Shown here: piece after piece, positions 34,656 to 47,847 of the stretch
Layout: each line of letters opens with the position of its first letter
Position numbering within the stretch: position 1 is the stretch's first letter
Source: Podarcis muralis
Taxonomy: Eukaryota
Assembly (NCBI RefSeq): GCF_964188315.1
Contig: NC_135658.1
Coordinates: forward strand, 98,580,001 to 98,644,000
Direction: 5' to 3'
DNA: 64,000 bases
Notes under the pieces: generated by a model
What the model saw: the letters and a program-made list of their open reading frames with translations, nothing else
What the model was told of the DNA's origin: nothing
Database searches by the model: none
Position numbers and translations under genes: made by a program

Positions 34656-35180
34656 NNNNNNNNNNNNNNNNNNNNNNNNNNNNNNNNNNNNNNNNNNNNN
34701 NNNNNNNNNNNNNNNNNNNNNNNNNNNNNNNNNNNNNNNNNNNNNNNNNNNNNNNNNNNNNNNNNNNNNNNNNNNNNNNNNNNNNNNNNNNNNNNNNNNN
34801 NNNNNNNNNNNNNNNNNNNNNNNNNNNNNNNNNNNNNNNNNNNNNNNNNNNNNNNNNNNNNNNNNNNNNNNNNNNNNNNNNNNNNNNNNNNNNNNNNNNN
34901 NNNNNNNNNNNNNNNNNNNNNNNNNNNNNNNNNNNNNNNNNNNNNNNNNNNNNNNNNNNNNNNNNNNNNNNNNNNNNNNNNNNNNNNNNNNNNNNNNNNN
35001 NNNNNNNNNNNNNNNNNNNNNNNNNNNNNNNNNNNNNNNNNNNNTGCANNNNNNNNNNNNNNNNNNNNNNNNNNNNNNNNNNNNNNNNNNNNNNNNNNNN
35101 NNNNNNNNNNNNNNNNNNNNNNNNNNNNNNNNNNNNNNNNNNNNNNNNNNNNNNNNNNNNNNNNNNNNNNNNNNNNNNNN
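34656..35180. other. Assembly gap (N-run) with a 4-base TGCA island at 35045-35048
   Basis: Direct observation. Confidence 1.
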
Positions 35181-38100
35181 GGACAGGAAGCTTTATTTCC
35201 TTTCTTCGCCTGAAACGAAGACTCTAATCTTCTGAACCACATTTAACATTAAAAAGTGCATACCTTTAAAAGGTTAGACAGCTTTCCAACACTGTCAGTC
35301 ATAAATATTATTCCCCCTATGCGGTCCACATTCATTTTCTTTTCCAGTTTTCTTTATTTTGGAAGCCTTTTCAGAAAGGTGGAGCAAGAGTAATCCTCTG
35401 TGTCAGCAAAGTCCCCTTAGGAGTCAATTGGATTTTTAAAAGAATCCTATTTTTATCTCGCAGGACAGCTATAAAAAGGGCAGCTTTTGTAAAATAGTAA
35501 AGCCAACGCTAGCTTTGACTCAACTAGCACATTGTAGAAAATAGTTCTGCTCTGTATCCACCACGCAAGGCAGAACGCAATGCAGTCAGTGAGGTGCAGT
35601 GGATGGTTTGCAGAGCAGGATTCTCAAACATGGCGGCTTTCAGATGTTACTGGATTACAAGCCACACCCACCTTGCCACGCTGGCTGACATATGGGAGTT
35701 GGGAGTCCAACAACAACTGGAGGAAACTGCTACAGAGTATTAGATTTGGATTGGAGATGGCTCAGATACCTACTAAGGATTTTCAATGTCTGGGCAAGTT
35801 CTCCTCTTTTTGCCTAACCTACCCCACAATGATGTTGGATTGATGGAAGCTACACTCCAGTTATTTGAAGGATCAGTGCTATACCAATGGGATAAATAAA
35901 CCCAGGGTACTATCTGCTAGTGCAACAGATTTCCACTTGCTCAATAGAACTTTCCCCATCTCTTCCCTTCAGCCCCCCATGCTCCCTCCAGATGTACTTG
36001 AGGGTGTTGGAGGCCACTGTAGAGGCAGCATTATGTGGAAATATCTGGCCTCCAAGCACCACGACGCAACTGTTGCTCCCACCGTGGCACCTGCAGTGGT
36101 GCTGCATTCCTTGGAGGCCAGATCAGCTGCCCCCGTGGATTTCGCCAACTGAGGCAATTGCTTCACTTTGCCTCGTGGGAGGACCGGCTCCGCCAAAAGC
36201 ATCCACCCAAATGGCAAGCCAGATCCACCCCCAATAGCAGGCAGGGCAGAACTTTGCAGGTCTGTAGCAAATGCACTACAGGCACATGCATCATTCCTCA
36301 TCATCATAGTATTAAAATGCAAGTTTGCATTGGGTGTGTTTGTTTTCTTACAGCACGACAGTTACAATCTGTCTGGAAATTCCACAACCTAAATGGTTCT
36401 GCAGCAATGAGAAAAAGCCTGAATCAGAAACCCAGTGGGCTGAAGCTGTTTGGGTCAGTTTGAAGTGAGAGAATATGGCTCAGGGATCAGAGTTAAGGGT
36501 TAAACATCTCCTCTTTCTCTTGTATTGGCTCTTTCCTAAGTTTCCTCTCCTGAAGCAGCTTGGATTGAAAATATAAAAGGTGCTGGGGCACATGTTCAAC
36601 ATGTAGTAGCTTGTTAGCTTGCAGCTGTTCCTTTCAACTTCTAAAATATTTCTGTTCTAGTAATTGTTATGTGTCTCATGATGAAATGTACAGATAAAGA
36701 GCAGCATTATTTTTTACTTTTTCAAATTTATTTTCCTGGGCCTAGTTTCAAGAATGTCAGTCTTTTATAGGTATAAATGATATTGGTTGGAAATAATAAC
36801 ACTTAAAAAAAACTAAACTAAACTACTATTTATTCTTCTACCAGTGATACAGGATTTCAAATCCAATATTTATTCTCCCCCCGACTCTCTCACACACATT
36901 ATTTATTATGGTTTCCTGTAACTAAGAGGTGGTTTATAATCATAGGATGCACCTTTCCTTATTGAGATTATTTTAATCAAGGAGTTTCATCAGAAAGTCA
37001 AGCAATGTTTTTCCTCTGCTGCTTCCTGCACAAGAGTTTTTAACATCTGACGTCTGATTTTTCCACAATAGCCATCTCCAACAAAGATTAGAGCAATCTG
37101 CCACAAAATTCTCAACAATAGGGAAGAATATTAGATTCTTTCCCGGTGGCTATGTACATTCTTCAGTTCTGTGTGAGCAAAGTCTTAAGTGCAGAATCCA
37201 GCACTCAGAAGCATCTCAGAAATCGCCCCCCCCCCCCCGAAACAGAGTTCTAGTCCTGCAACTATATGTGTTAAAATGTGCGACCAACAGCCTGTTGAAA
37301 TCAACACAGAGCAGAGCACTATAAGATTTCCAAGGATTGGAGGTGGAGCATCCGTCTTCATTGTCCTTCCTCATTCACACACCCCTATAAATTATTCAAA
37401 ATTTTTAAAATCCTGATGCTTTGCATATTTATGCAGGTCACTGAATCCTCCATTTCCTTGTGCAGAATTTGGGCTACTAGCAACCAGGTGCTCTTGAACG
37501 AGAAACCATGTTGTATTTAGATCAGCACCAGATACAGTAATGTAGTGTTTTCTCTCTCATTATTGGATTACTACTGCATCTTTCCAGAATAACTCTAAAT
37601 ATAATCAGGCTCCGTAATGTATTCAGCCTGGAATTATCATGTGTGTGGCAGAAGTGCAGAATCTCCACACCTGTCATTTCTGGCTGATTTTCAAACATTG
37701 CGCCGCAAGTGTCAGGAAATGACCTGCCAGTCTGTGCTGATGATTAAGGTCCCCTTTGGGTTCTTCTGTGGCTTTTTAAAGAGTGTTTATCCTTAAAGTG
37801 CTATTGTCTGTATGAATCTGCCCATCTTTTACCATGTGAAAGGCTTGTTTTGTGAATGAGGTATGAAATAAAAAGCTTTGGGGATTATGGCACAGCTTAG
37901 TCTGTCTTGTGAATAGTCTCCAAACATCGAGACGTTTGAGCAGACAAAGAAAGCGGCTTAATTACAATCGGATGCTAGCAAGGAGGGTCAAAGCCTTGGA
38001 CTGATGCCACCTGTTGTTACCATAAAATATCCTTCACATAAGCAGGCTGTTGATTGCAAAAGAAAGTAACATTTCCCCATTAATGCAGCTGAGTTCCACA

Positions 38101-38504
38101 AATAATTGACTGGTACTCACTGGGAAATACTGAGGTGGATGTGGCTAAGTTTAAACCTTATTTCTAATCCTAATTTTATCACATGAATTTCTATCCTCCA
38201 TTGCTTTGGGGTAGACTCAAATGACCCCCGTTTTCACCACGATGTGATGCTAGCAATAGGGAGCCATATGAAACCTGGTATTGTGAACACTGCCTGTCAC
38301 AAATGATGTTAAGAGGAACATAAAGCATATGCTGAAACCATTCATATTTGCCAGGGACAGCCCCTACTCTCAAGTATCTGTCCTTGGAAATCACTTTCCT
38401 TTTTGGCAAACACTGAGGGTGCATTTTAATGTTGTTGTTGTTTTTAAAAGACATGATTACTGAGCGCGCACACAAATAGTAGTCCTGGCCCGTGGGAGCC
38501 TGTG

Positions 38505-38610
38505 TGGTTTTCTACAGTCTTCCATGCTCTTTAGCATCTTCATGAAACCTTTGGCAGAGGCTGTCCAATGATATAGGCCTGGGTGTTATTAAGATGCAGG
38601 TGAACTCTCT
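38505..38610 (+). mobile_element. Degenerate L2 RT fragment
   Basis: SMLFSIFMKPLAEAV... followed by a decayed YADD region, parallel to the 13724-13993 translation. Confidence 0.6.
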
Positions 38611-38835
38611 GGCCAAGAATTTGTTTTGCATGCAAGAGGCTTTGAGTTTGACCTGGTGTCTCCAGGTACTGCTGGAAAAGACCCCTGTCTGAGACCATAG
38701 AGCAGCGGAGGGGAACCATTTTCGGCCTGAGAGCTGTATTTTGTCATGGAGAATCTTCTGACAGCCCATATGCCAGTGGTGGGTGAGATCAGAAGCAAAA
38801 GCAGCTGCATCAATGGTGCGACTCTTACTTTTGAA

Positions 38836-39160
38836 CAGGGGTCAGCAACTTAAGGCCCATGGGCCACAAGAGGCCCATGGGGGTTGTTTAACCAGCCCAT
38901 GGACCCCCGCCACCCGCTCAGTCGGCTGCCGTGCTAAACCGGCACGGAGCAGAGCAAGGACTGCCTTCCGTGATGCTGGCCGGCTTCCCATTGGCTGCAG
39001 GAAGCTCCTGCAGCCAATGGGAAGCTGCGTGCGCCTCCTCCGCACTGGAAGGAGCACTGGAAATAGCGTTTGTGCATGCATGCACATGCACACTCAAGCC
39101 CACCATGGCATCTGCAGGACCGTGAACCGGCCCAAGCCACAAAAACTTTGTCAACCCCTG
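38836..39160. mobile_element. Non-autonomous hAT (Charlie-like)
   Basis: TIRs CAGGGGTCAGCAA / TTGTCAACCCCTG, TSD CTTTTGAA / CCTTTGAA. Confidence 0.88.
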
Positions 39161-39619
39161 CCTTTGAACAGTACATGATGTTCCAGCCACAGAAAAGTCA
39201 GAGGTTTCTGCACAAACCTCTATCCCGGTTAACAAGAAGCATTATTACACCTCAAGGACCCATTCCTGCAGAAGCATCTGAGGAGGGCACAGAGGAGGGC
39301 TGGTGAGGGGTGTGGCCTGGGGAAAATGCTAAGGGCCAGACAGAGATGCCTAGAGGGCCGCATTCACCACCCTTACCCTAGAGAACCACTGCCAGTTACC
39401 ACAGAGCGAGATGGACTAAGACTCACCTGAATTTGTTCTTTTCATCAAATTTCAAGGAGGCTGGTTAGATAGGGATCCACTAATGTAACTTGAACGTAGT
39501 TATGGATTAGACATGGGGAAATAAAACGAGGCTTAATCCCGTCATGCTGCTATTCAATAGAAAATATAATCTAGGATTAGGCATACATCCTATTCTGAAG
39601 GGTTGCATTCCCCTTAAAG

Positions 39620-39820
39620 CAGGCATGTCCAAAGTATGGCCCACTGGTCGGTTTAATCTGGCCTCTGTGGCAGTTTATTTCCTGAGGTGAAATCCTAAAA
39701 AACCTCAACAACTTCAATCCTAAAAAAAGGTTAACAACTTTGGTTTGCCCTTTGGTCGGCCCTCACGGCCCTTCACTTCATCAAATCTGGCCCTCTTCGA
39801 AAAAAGTTTGGACACCACTG
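39620..39820. mobile_element. Non-autonomous hAT (Charlie-like)
   Basis: TIRs CAGGCATGTCCAAA / TTTGGACACCACTG, flanking CTTAAAG on both sides. Confidence 0.8.
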
Positions 39821-40164
39821 TGCTTAAAGGATCAAGTCTGGAGTCTGATTCATCTGTCCCCCTGAATGCTCAGACTGGTAGTGAGGCTGGCAGTGAATCT
39901 GCACAGTTTTGGCTTGTGATCCTCCCCCTATTGTGTGGGCAGGGTGGTCCCTCCCCCTACCTGGCCTAATTACCTTGGCAACACCTCCCCAGGCGGGATT
40001 GGGCAACTGGCTGAGGTAGGCAGAGACCTCCAGCTATCCCACCTGGGGAAGGGAAAGCCAAGCCTATGTTAATGGCGCCGCAGAGGGTCCCGGGGGCTGG
40101 ATGCGACCACGCAAAGGGCACCCCCCATTTAATGTGGGAAGCAGTCATTCCTGAAGAAAAATGA

Positions 40165-40285
40165 AGATCTAGCCACCGTCACGCAAGTCTTGGACAAATC
40201 CAGGCTGGGTTACTGCGATGTGATCTACATGGACCAGCCCTTTAAAAAGGATTCAGAAACTTTAGCTAATGCAAAATGCAATGAG
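40165..40285 (+). mobile_element. Degenerate L2 fragment
   Basis: LATVTQVLDKSRLGYCDVIY (cf. L2 LATVVHALVTSRLDYCNALY). Confidence 0.65.
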
Positions 40286-40370
40286 GATGCTATCTGAAAT
40301 CCACTTCGCAGAGCTTATTACTCTGTTATTTAAGCTGGTATAATTTAAGGTCCTGCTAATTACCTATTAC

Positions 40371-40732
40371 GGGACGCGGGTAGCGCTGTGGGTAAAACCT
40401 CAGGGCCTAGGACTTGCCGATCGTATGGTCGGCAGTTCGAATCCCCGCAGCGGGGTGAGCTCCCGTCATTCGGTCCCAGCTCCTGCCCACCTAGCAGTTC
40501 GAAAGCACCCTTAAGTGCAAGTAGATAAATAGGTACCGCTTTATAGCGGGAAGGTAAACAGCGTTTCCGTGCGCTGCACTGGTGCTGGCTCGCCAGAGCA
40601 GCTTTGTCACGCTGGCCATGTGACCCGGAAGTGTCTTCGGACAGCGCTGGCTCCCGGCCTCTTAAGCGAGATGAGCACGCAACCCCAGAGTCGGTCACAA
40701 CTGGCCCGTACGGGCAGGGGTACCTTTACTTT
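40371..40732 (+). mobile_element. Sauria-type SINE, full length
   Basis: Head, B box and tail as in other copies. TSD TAATTACCTATTA (40357-40369 / 40733-40745). Confidence 0.96.
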
Positions 40733-42322
40733 TAATTACCTATTAAGCATTAAATGATTTAAGGACAGACAATTTATCTGGAGGACCATCTTCTCCCACA
40801 TGAGTTTGCCCTCCATTTATGGTCATCAGTAGAAGCCTTGCTCCATGTCCCCTTGCCTACAGAGACACAATTAACCCTCAATGACATTTCAAAGGCACGT
40901 AGCAAACTACTCCTATGCTGAAAGAAGTTGAACGTGGATTGAAAGTGATAGCAAGGGAGCATAAGTGGTGCCAGCCAGTTGTTCTTGGAGTCCAGCTCAA
41001 ACCAGACCCAGTCACCATGGCTAGCTGACAATCATCATGGATGATGTGTGTTGTGCAATGCCTGGAGGACACAGATTGCCAACTTCTGAACTAGCACCAT
41101 CTGTGGAGTTAATAATGGTCAAGGACCATCACCTAGATTTGTGAAATCTATCACAAAAAGTTTCCTATATCACATGTCATCTTGGTTGAAAGTAGAATGC
41201 TTGAATATCTATAGCTATGTACCTATATATCTATATGGAAGTTATTAATAAATGGGATCTTATTCTCCCCCAAACCTGGATCCCCATAAATTTAATAATC
41301 TTCTTGTTCCCCTGCCATTGGCCCCATCTGACTCAATGTTTTGACTACATGATCTAGACCATGATTCACTGAACTGAAAATTTCAAGAAAAGATGGCTTT
41401 GAATCGTTGTGCATGGGAGTGAAACAGTTGGCTTTTTCTTTTTGTCTAACAAACAACTTTGTGGGGGTAAGGAAGAATTTCTTCACAGAGAACAAAGAAG
41501 GTGCACAATTTTGTTCCCCTTGTAAGCTGTGAATTATAGAGTAGCTGAATAATGTTGCATTTATAGCATTGAGCACTTGAATGATTTTTATATTTCATCT
41601 TTGTGACACAAGGAGCATTGTTCTCACGTAAAATTCTTTGTAAAAGACTTCCCCTGGAAGACATTTGGTGATTAGACCCAACTTGTTTTTCTATGTCACT
41701 GCAAAGACAAAGCAAATGCTGATTAAAGCAATTAAAAGTTTCCTTTGTTTGCCAAAAGAGATGTACTCAGATAATGCCTTTTTTGTTTGTAGACATCTTA
41801 ATAAGCACTAGCAGGCTGAAATGAAATCTGTCATCAGTTATATTCATATTTTCCTCCCTTAGACTTAACTGTCTGCTTTACGTACAGATTAAGGGCAAAA
41901 TGTTTCTCAAAGCTCCTTGAATGGTTCCCATTTCTTCTTGTAAAACTTTAACTTAAGAAATCACATTGACAGGATCGGTGCGATGAGATTATGCACAATA
42001 TGCAAACCCAGTTCTGAGGGTCAGGATAATGTGAACAAGAAATGGAACCAAGTTACAATTATGCAGGTGAAGGGTTTTGCATATGATATGGGGCTGGCTT
42101 AGTACTCCAAGGATTGTAGCGAGTGGGGTGAAGTTGAGAGACAGATTCTGGGATGTTCAGTGGCAGGGATATACTTCAGTGGTATCAATGAAAGTGCATC
42201 ATGTTCCGTCGCTTTTATTTCATAGAATAAGCAAAATTACTTTACTCCTCTGTGTGAGAGACTATTGTGGGCATGAGGTTAAAGGTTAACACACATCCAC
42301 AAGTGCACATCATAACCCCAGC

Positions 42323-42576
42323 AAGAAGAGAAGAGGAGGAGTTTGGATTTGATATCCCGCTTTATCACTACCCGAAGGAGTCTCAAAGCGGCTAACAATC
42401 TCCTTTCCCTTCCTCCCCCACAACAAACACTCTGTGAGGTGAGTGAGGCTGAGAGACTTCAGAGAAGTGTGACTAGCCCAAGGTCACCCAGCAGCTGGAT
42501 GTGGAGGAGCAGGGAAGCGAACCCGGTTCCCCAGATTACGAGTCCACCGCTCTTAACCACTACACCACACTGGCTC
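42323..42576 (-). mobile_element. tRNA-derived CORE (MIR/Ther1-related) SINE, full length
   Basis: Minus: GAGCCAGTGTGGTGTAGTGGTTAAGAGC (A box), GGTTCGCTTCCC (B-like), CORE-like GGGTGACCTTGGGCTAGTCAC, simple (CTT/CTC) tail. Confidence 0.9.
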
Positions 42577-42699
42577 AAAGGTTCCTTAACCTCTCAGCAG
42601 TGTGTATATGAGCATACATGAGTTCTGGCTGCACACATGTGAGTCCCGTCAAGGCACACACTTGTAACAACTGGCAGCATCTCTCCAGAGTTTCCTAGA

Positions 42700-42791
42700 G
42701 AAGCCCTACCCAGCCTTACCTTCAGATGCTGAAGACTGAACCTGGGACCTTTCACAAGCAAAACAGATGCTCTACCACTGACCTACAGCCC
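42700..42791 (-). mobile_element. tRNA-derived SINE head fragment (third SINE type)
   Basis: Minus: GGGCTGTAGGTCAGTGGTAGAGCATCTG...GGTCCCAGGTTCAGTC. A degenerate relative lies at about 55278-55430. Confidence 0.7.
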
Positions 42792-44792
42792 TTCCCCAAG
42801 CAATCTGTACACCAGAAAAAGAATAATGATTGCTGCTTCGCACAGGCACGCACTTGACTTGAATTCTCATTATTTGATGATGTTATCAAACCACAAGCTC
42901 AGGTTCAGATATAATACTCAGCCAAACCATGGCTTAGCTTTAGGTAGCATGGCGACCGCAGGGATAAAACAACTGTATTTCTTTTTCTGTGGATGCCTGC
43001 ATACTCATGCACTCCCACTTAGACATGGTTTGGCTTAGTATTACATGTGAGCCAGCCAATGTTTGATAAGAGAAATTAATAGTCAACTGTGTAAAGTTTA
43101 TATTAATTGATTGATCTAATAAAAACCGTCCATTTAAATTTTTGTAAGTAAATTTGAATGTGGAGTTTTGCCAAGAAATAAATAAAATTGAAATGTGATG
43201 AAATATGATTTAAACTCTAGTGTATAACCACTTAATTAAGCTACTGTCTAAGCACAATTTTACTTAGCATCAGATGCAAATGTATGGCTGAATGAACTTT
43301 TGCATGGAGCCAACAAAAAGGGCAACCTAGTCAGATGGGCAGGGTATAAATAGTAAAATTATTATTAGTATTATTGTTATTATTATGGAATAGGACATCC
43401 CTATTTTCATCGGGGAAATGTTGGATGGTATGTAGCTTGTGTCCTTGTTTACCTTAACTTAAGAAAAGTATAATTCTTTCAGTGCAGATGCCAGACAGAG
43501 AAGACAATGAGAATAAGATGAACGTTTCTGCTCTCTGATTTTGATAGCGATAATGATGGCAGTGCATAACAGAAAGGAATGTGATCTGGTTCAGTCACCC
43601 ACACAGTGCTACTTGCACAGAACGGAGAACTCATCCTCTGCCGACTGTGATTCACATCTGCACAATAGTCTGTTTCTTTTTATAAGCGCCATTTTTTACC
43701 TTTTATTATTCAATAAAAAAAGATTTCTCATCTCATTTTACTTGAGAAAGTTAAGGCCAGCCACCAGGAAGGTGGGCTGCTTTCTTCCCCCTGACCATGA
43801 GATGCATCATTACCACTGACCTCGCCACTTCGCCTAAATAGCCGGAGAAGGGCAACAAAAATTGTCAATTAGATTTGCAGTCTGCGGGAGTCAGACTCAC
43901 TTGCACTTGCCTGCATAATCATGCATATCTTTCTTCTATATCAGGAGTTGTTCAAGCCTATAATAACTAGGGTTCAACAAGTCTGAAATGCTTTCCCTTG
44001 CCAATGATATGGAAATTGTTGATTTGCTACAGATTACTCAGGATCCTGGCAGAATGTCACACCTCTGAGAGCTCAAGATGAGTGGCCCGCAAACATGGAA
44101 TAGCAGGAGGAATATTAGCATTAAGCAGAGCATAATATTGTAATATTTTCGAAGGTAAGAGCATGGTAATTTATTATCATACACACCGCTAACTCATAAC
44201 CTCTGCTGATGGGAGGCCACTGCCTGGAACAGGAAGTAATCAAAAGGTCAACCTGGGGTCTGTGGGCAGAGCTCTGCAGGGAAACAGCAAGCTAGACTGA
44301 TCAGGCTTTCAATGGCTTCAAGCTTGCGGTGACAAGCAATGCTCCATCGTTTCTACATATCTCACTGAATTCACCTTTTCACAGCCCATACTTCATAATA
44401 GATATATAAATACAGACATGCAGCCCAGCATAGAAATATGCTCACCTTGGATCAATCATGGCCTCAACTCCTGGAGAAACGAAGACTTGGCTGAAAATTT
44501 AACAGTTGTATTTATCTCCATTTTCAGTAAAATCGAACTGTAAACCAACCAGGGACTCAGGAAGCAGTCTTATACAGAGTCAGACCATTGATCCATCCAA
44601 CTCAACATTGTCAACGCCAAGGACTTGTCTGTGCTTACCATTAATATCAGTATAGCTGCTGTTTGGGTTCAACATTTTTAAAGTGAATTTTGAGATTATT
44701 ATATTTGTACCGCCCTATACCCAGAGGTCAGAGTTGTGAACATGTGCATGGGGATAGCTCTTTCAGGTGTTTCTGTATAACACCCAACTATA

Positions 44793-45148
44793 AGGTAAAG
44801 GTACCCCTGCCCGTACGGGCCAGTCTTGCCAGACTCTAGGGTTGTGCGCTCATCTCACTCTATAGGCCGGGAGCCAGCGCTGTCCGGAGACACTTCCGGG
44901 TCACGTGGCCAGCGTGACAAGCTGCATCTGGCGAGCCAGCGCAGCACACACGGAACGCCGTTTACCTTCCCGCTGGTAAGCGGCCCCTATTTATCTACTT
45001 GCACCCGGGGGTGTTTTCGAACTGCTAGGTTGGCAGGCGCTGGGACCGAACGACGGGAGCACACCCCGCCGCGGGGATTCGAACCGCCGACCTTTCGATC
45101 GGCAAGCCCTAGGCGCTGAGGTTTTACCCACAGAGCCACCCGCGTCCC
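44793..45148 (-). mobile_element. Sauria-type SINE, full length
   Basis: TSD AACACCCAACTATA (44779-44792 / 45149-45162). Confidence 0.96.
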
Positions 45149-45179
45149 AACACCCAACTATATTTATGCTTAAACCAAA

Positions 45180-45590
45180 CCAGGAGAGCCACCTGAAGTC
45201 TTGCACTAGGGCTTGCGGGCCATCATGGGTTGGATGCAGGGCCGTACTAGGGGGTGGCGAGGTTTAAAATATAGCCATAAATATGTCTATAAATAAAAAT
45301 ATTGATAATTATTGCCTCGTAAGAAAAGAGGGTGATTTGAATGGGTGAGGGGGGGGCTGGAGGAGAGGCGGAAAGAAGAGCTAATTTTTCTGTGGTTAGG
45401 GGGCGCAATCTGGACGGCTCTGCCAGGGGCGCAAGATCACCTAGCTATGGCTCTGGTTTGATGTGGGCCAATAAGTTGAAGCTGACTCCTGAAAAGACAG
45501 AGGCATTATGCATCCGGAGTTCTCTTGTCTGGGAGGTGAGGAGATGGCCTGCCCTGGATGGGATTGTACTCCCCCAGAAGGAGCAGGCAG
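45180..45590 (+). mobile_element. L2 RT fragment interrupted by a hAT element
   Basis: Excising 45237-45463 restores AIMGWMWANKLKLTPEKTEA. Confidence 0.85.
45237..45455. mobile_element. Non-autonomous hAT-like element
   Basis: Ends CAGGGCCGTACTAGG / CCTAGCTATGGCTCTG, TSD GTTGGATG / GTTTGATG. Confidence 0.82.
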
Positions 45591-46278
45591 GTCTGTAGTT
45601 ATGGATCGGTAACTGATGAAACAGTAGGAATAAACTGATGAACTCACAATGGAGTGGCATAAGAAGAGAGGTCCTGAGGACTCCTGCTAGGCCTTCTGCT
45701 TTTAACTTATTCAGAAATGAACTGGAACTACAGGTGAGCAGTGAGTTGGCCAAGTTTTCCGATGGCACCAAATTGTTCAGGGTAGTAAAAACAAAAAGTG
45801 ATTGGGAGGAGCTCCAAAAGGAACACTCCAGACTGAGTGAGTGGGTATTAAAATGTAGAATGTGCTTCAAGTATAAAGTCATGCATGTTCAGGCAAAAAA
45901 ACCCTAACTTCCCATATATGCTAATGGAGTCTGAACTGGCAGTGAGTGACCAGGAAAGAGATCTTGGGGTCATGGTGGATAACTTGAGGAAAACGTTGAC
46001 ACAGTGTGCGCCAGCTGTGGATAAAGCAAATTCAATGTTAGGGATCATTAGGAACGGGATTGAAAATAAAGCTGCCAATATCATGCTGCTGCTATACAAA
46101 TCTATGGTGCGAGCACAATGGAAATACTATTTACGGTTCTGGTCACTGCGCCTCAGAAAGGATATTGAACAGCTAGAAAAGGTACAGAAAAAGATCGACC
46201 AAAATGATTGAGAAGCTAGAATGATTCCCATATGAATCAAGATTACATTTGGGAATTTTTACTTTAGAAAAAATGGGT

Positions 46279-46442
46279 TTAAAAAGGATATTGACAAGCT
46301 GGAACATGTGCCGAGGAGAGCAACCAAGATGATCAAGGTGCTGGAAAACCAAGCCTTCTGCTTTAGTTGAAATTCCTGCATTGCAGGGGGTTGGACTAGA
46401 TGACCCTCGGGGTCCCTTCCAACTCCACCATTCTATGATCCT
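46279..46442 (+). mobile_element. Internally deleted CR1 of a second family, nested in the CR1 above
   Basis: FKKDIDKLEHVPRRATKMIK followed by ATTCCTGCATTGCAGGGGGTTGGACTAGATGACCCT...CATTCTATGA tail. Confidence 0.75.
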
Positions 46443-46529
46443 ATCAACTATAGAACACGTTGTAGTAATGGGGAACATCTTGGAGAACTTTAAATGGGGA
46501 TTAGACAAATTCCTGGGGGATAAAGCTTT

Positions 46530-47373
46530 GTTGTTGTTGTTGTTGTTGTTGTTTAGTCCTTTAGTCGTGTCCGACTCTTCGTGACCCCATGGACCAGAGC
46601 ATGCCAGGCACTTCTGTCCTCCACTGCCTCCCACAGTTTGATCAAACTCATGCTGGTAGCTTCAAGAACACCATCCAACCATCTCATCCTCTGTCGTCCC
46701 CTTCTCCTTGTGCCCTCCATCTTTCCCAACATCAGGGTCTTTTCCAGGGAGTCTTCTCTTCTCATGAGGTGGCCAAAGTATTGGAGCCTCAGCTTCAGGA
46801 TCTGTCCTTCCAGTGAGCACTCAGGTCTGATTTCCTTCAGAATGGAGAGGTTTGATCTTCTTGCAGTCCATGGGACTCTCAAGAGTCTCCTCCAGCACCA
46901 GAATTCAAAAGCATCCTTTCTTCAGCCATCAGCCTTCTTTATGGTCCAGCTCTCACTTCCATGCATCACGACTGGGGAAACCAGAGCTTTTACTATACGG
47001 ACCTTTGTTGGCAAGGTGATGTCTCTGCTTTTTAAGATGTTGTCTAGGTTTGCCATCGCCTTTCTCCCAAGGAGCAGGCGTCTTTTAATTTCGTGGCTGC
47101 TGTCTCCATCTGCAGTGATCATGGAGCCCAAGAAAGTAAAATCTCTCACTGCCTCCATTTCTTCCCCTTCTATTTGCCAGGAGGTGATGGGCCCAGTGGC
47201 CATGATCTTCATTTTGTTGATGTTGAGCTTCAGACCATATTTTGCGCTCTCCTCTTTCACCCTCATTAAAAGGTTCTTTAATTCCTCCTCACTTTCTGCC
47301 ATCAAGGTTGTGTCATCTGCATATCTGAGGTTGTTGATATTTCTTCCGGCAATCTTAATTCCGTTTTGGGATT
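46530..47373 (-). mobile_element. Bov-B LINE, 5'-truncated, young, with RT YADD motif
   Basis: LRYADDTTLMAESEEELK...; one frame throughout with a single internal TGA at 46922-46924, (CAA)n tail, TSD GGATAAAGCTTT (46518-46529 / 47385-47396). Confidence 0.97.
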
Positions 47374-47600
47374 AGCCTGGAGGAGGATAAAGCTTTCCAT
47401 GGCTACTAATTATGATGCTTGTGTACTACCTCCAGTATTTATTCTAGGTAGCTATTTAAAATATTACCTTTGAAGTAACTATCAGAATACCAGCACTGGA
47501 AGAGGTATGTCTTTGAATACCAGTTGCTGGGGAACATGAATGGGAAGAGTGCTGCTCCACTCAGCTCCCGCTTGTGGGCTTCCCATAAGCTTGTAGGTTG

Positions 47601-47847
47601 CAGGGGTAAACTAAGTGGGGGGGCGGAGGGGGCGGTCTGCCCCGGGTGCCACTCTGGGGGGGTGACAAGATGGCCCCTGCCTCCCCCCAGCTGTAGAGCG
47701 GCCAAGGGCGCACACAGTCCGTATGCGCTGCCATGCATGCACACTCCATACGGGACGCCGCATATGCGCAGTCCATACTGACGTCACGCATGTATTACTG
47801 GGTGGTTTGCCCCACCCTGGGAGCAGGAGAGGGTTCCTCTGCCACTG
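47601..47847 (-). mobile_element. Non-autonomous hAT-like element, short version of the 52933 family
   Basis: Reverse-complement match to both ends of 52933-53386, flanks GTAGGTTG / GCAAGTTG (6/8). Confidence 0.85.

Noticed and set aside
27440-35242. Long ORFs in the track made mostly of X (27440, 27483, 27808, 27844, 31851-32328, 34607-35242)
   Set aside because: Artefacts of translating N-runs.
46581-47375. 264-aa plus-strand ORF, the longest in the window
   Set aside because: It is the antisense frame of the Bov-B RT region, not a host gene.
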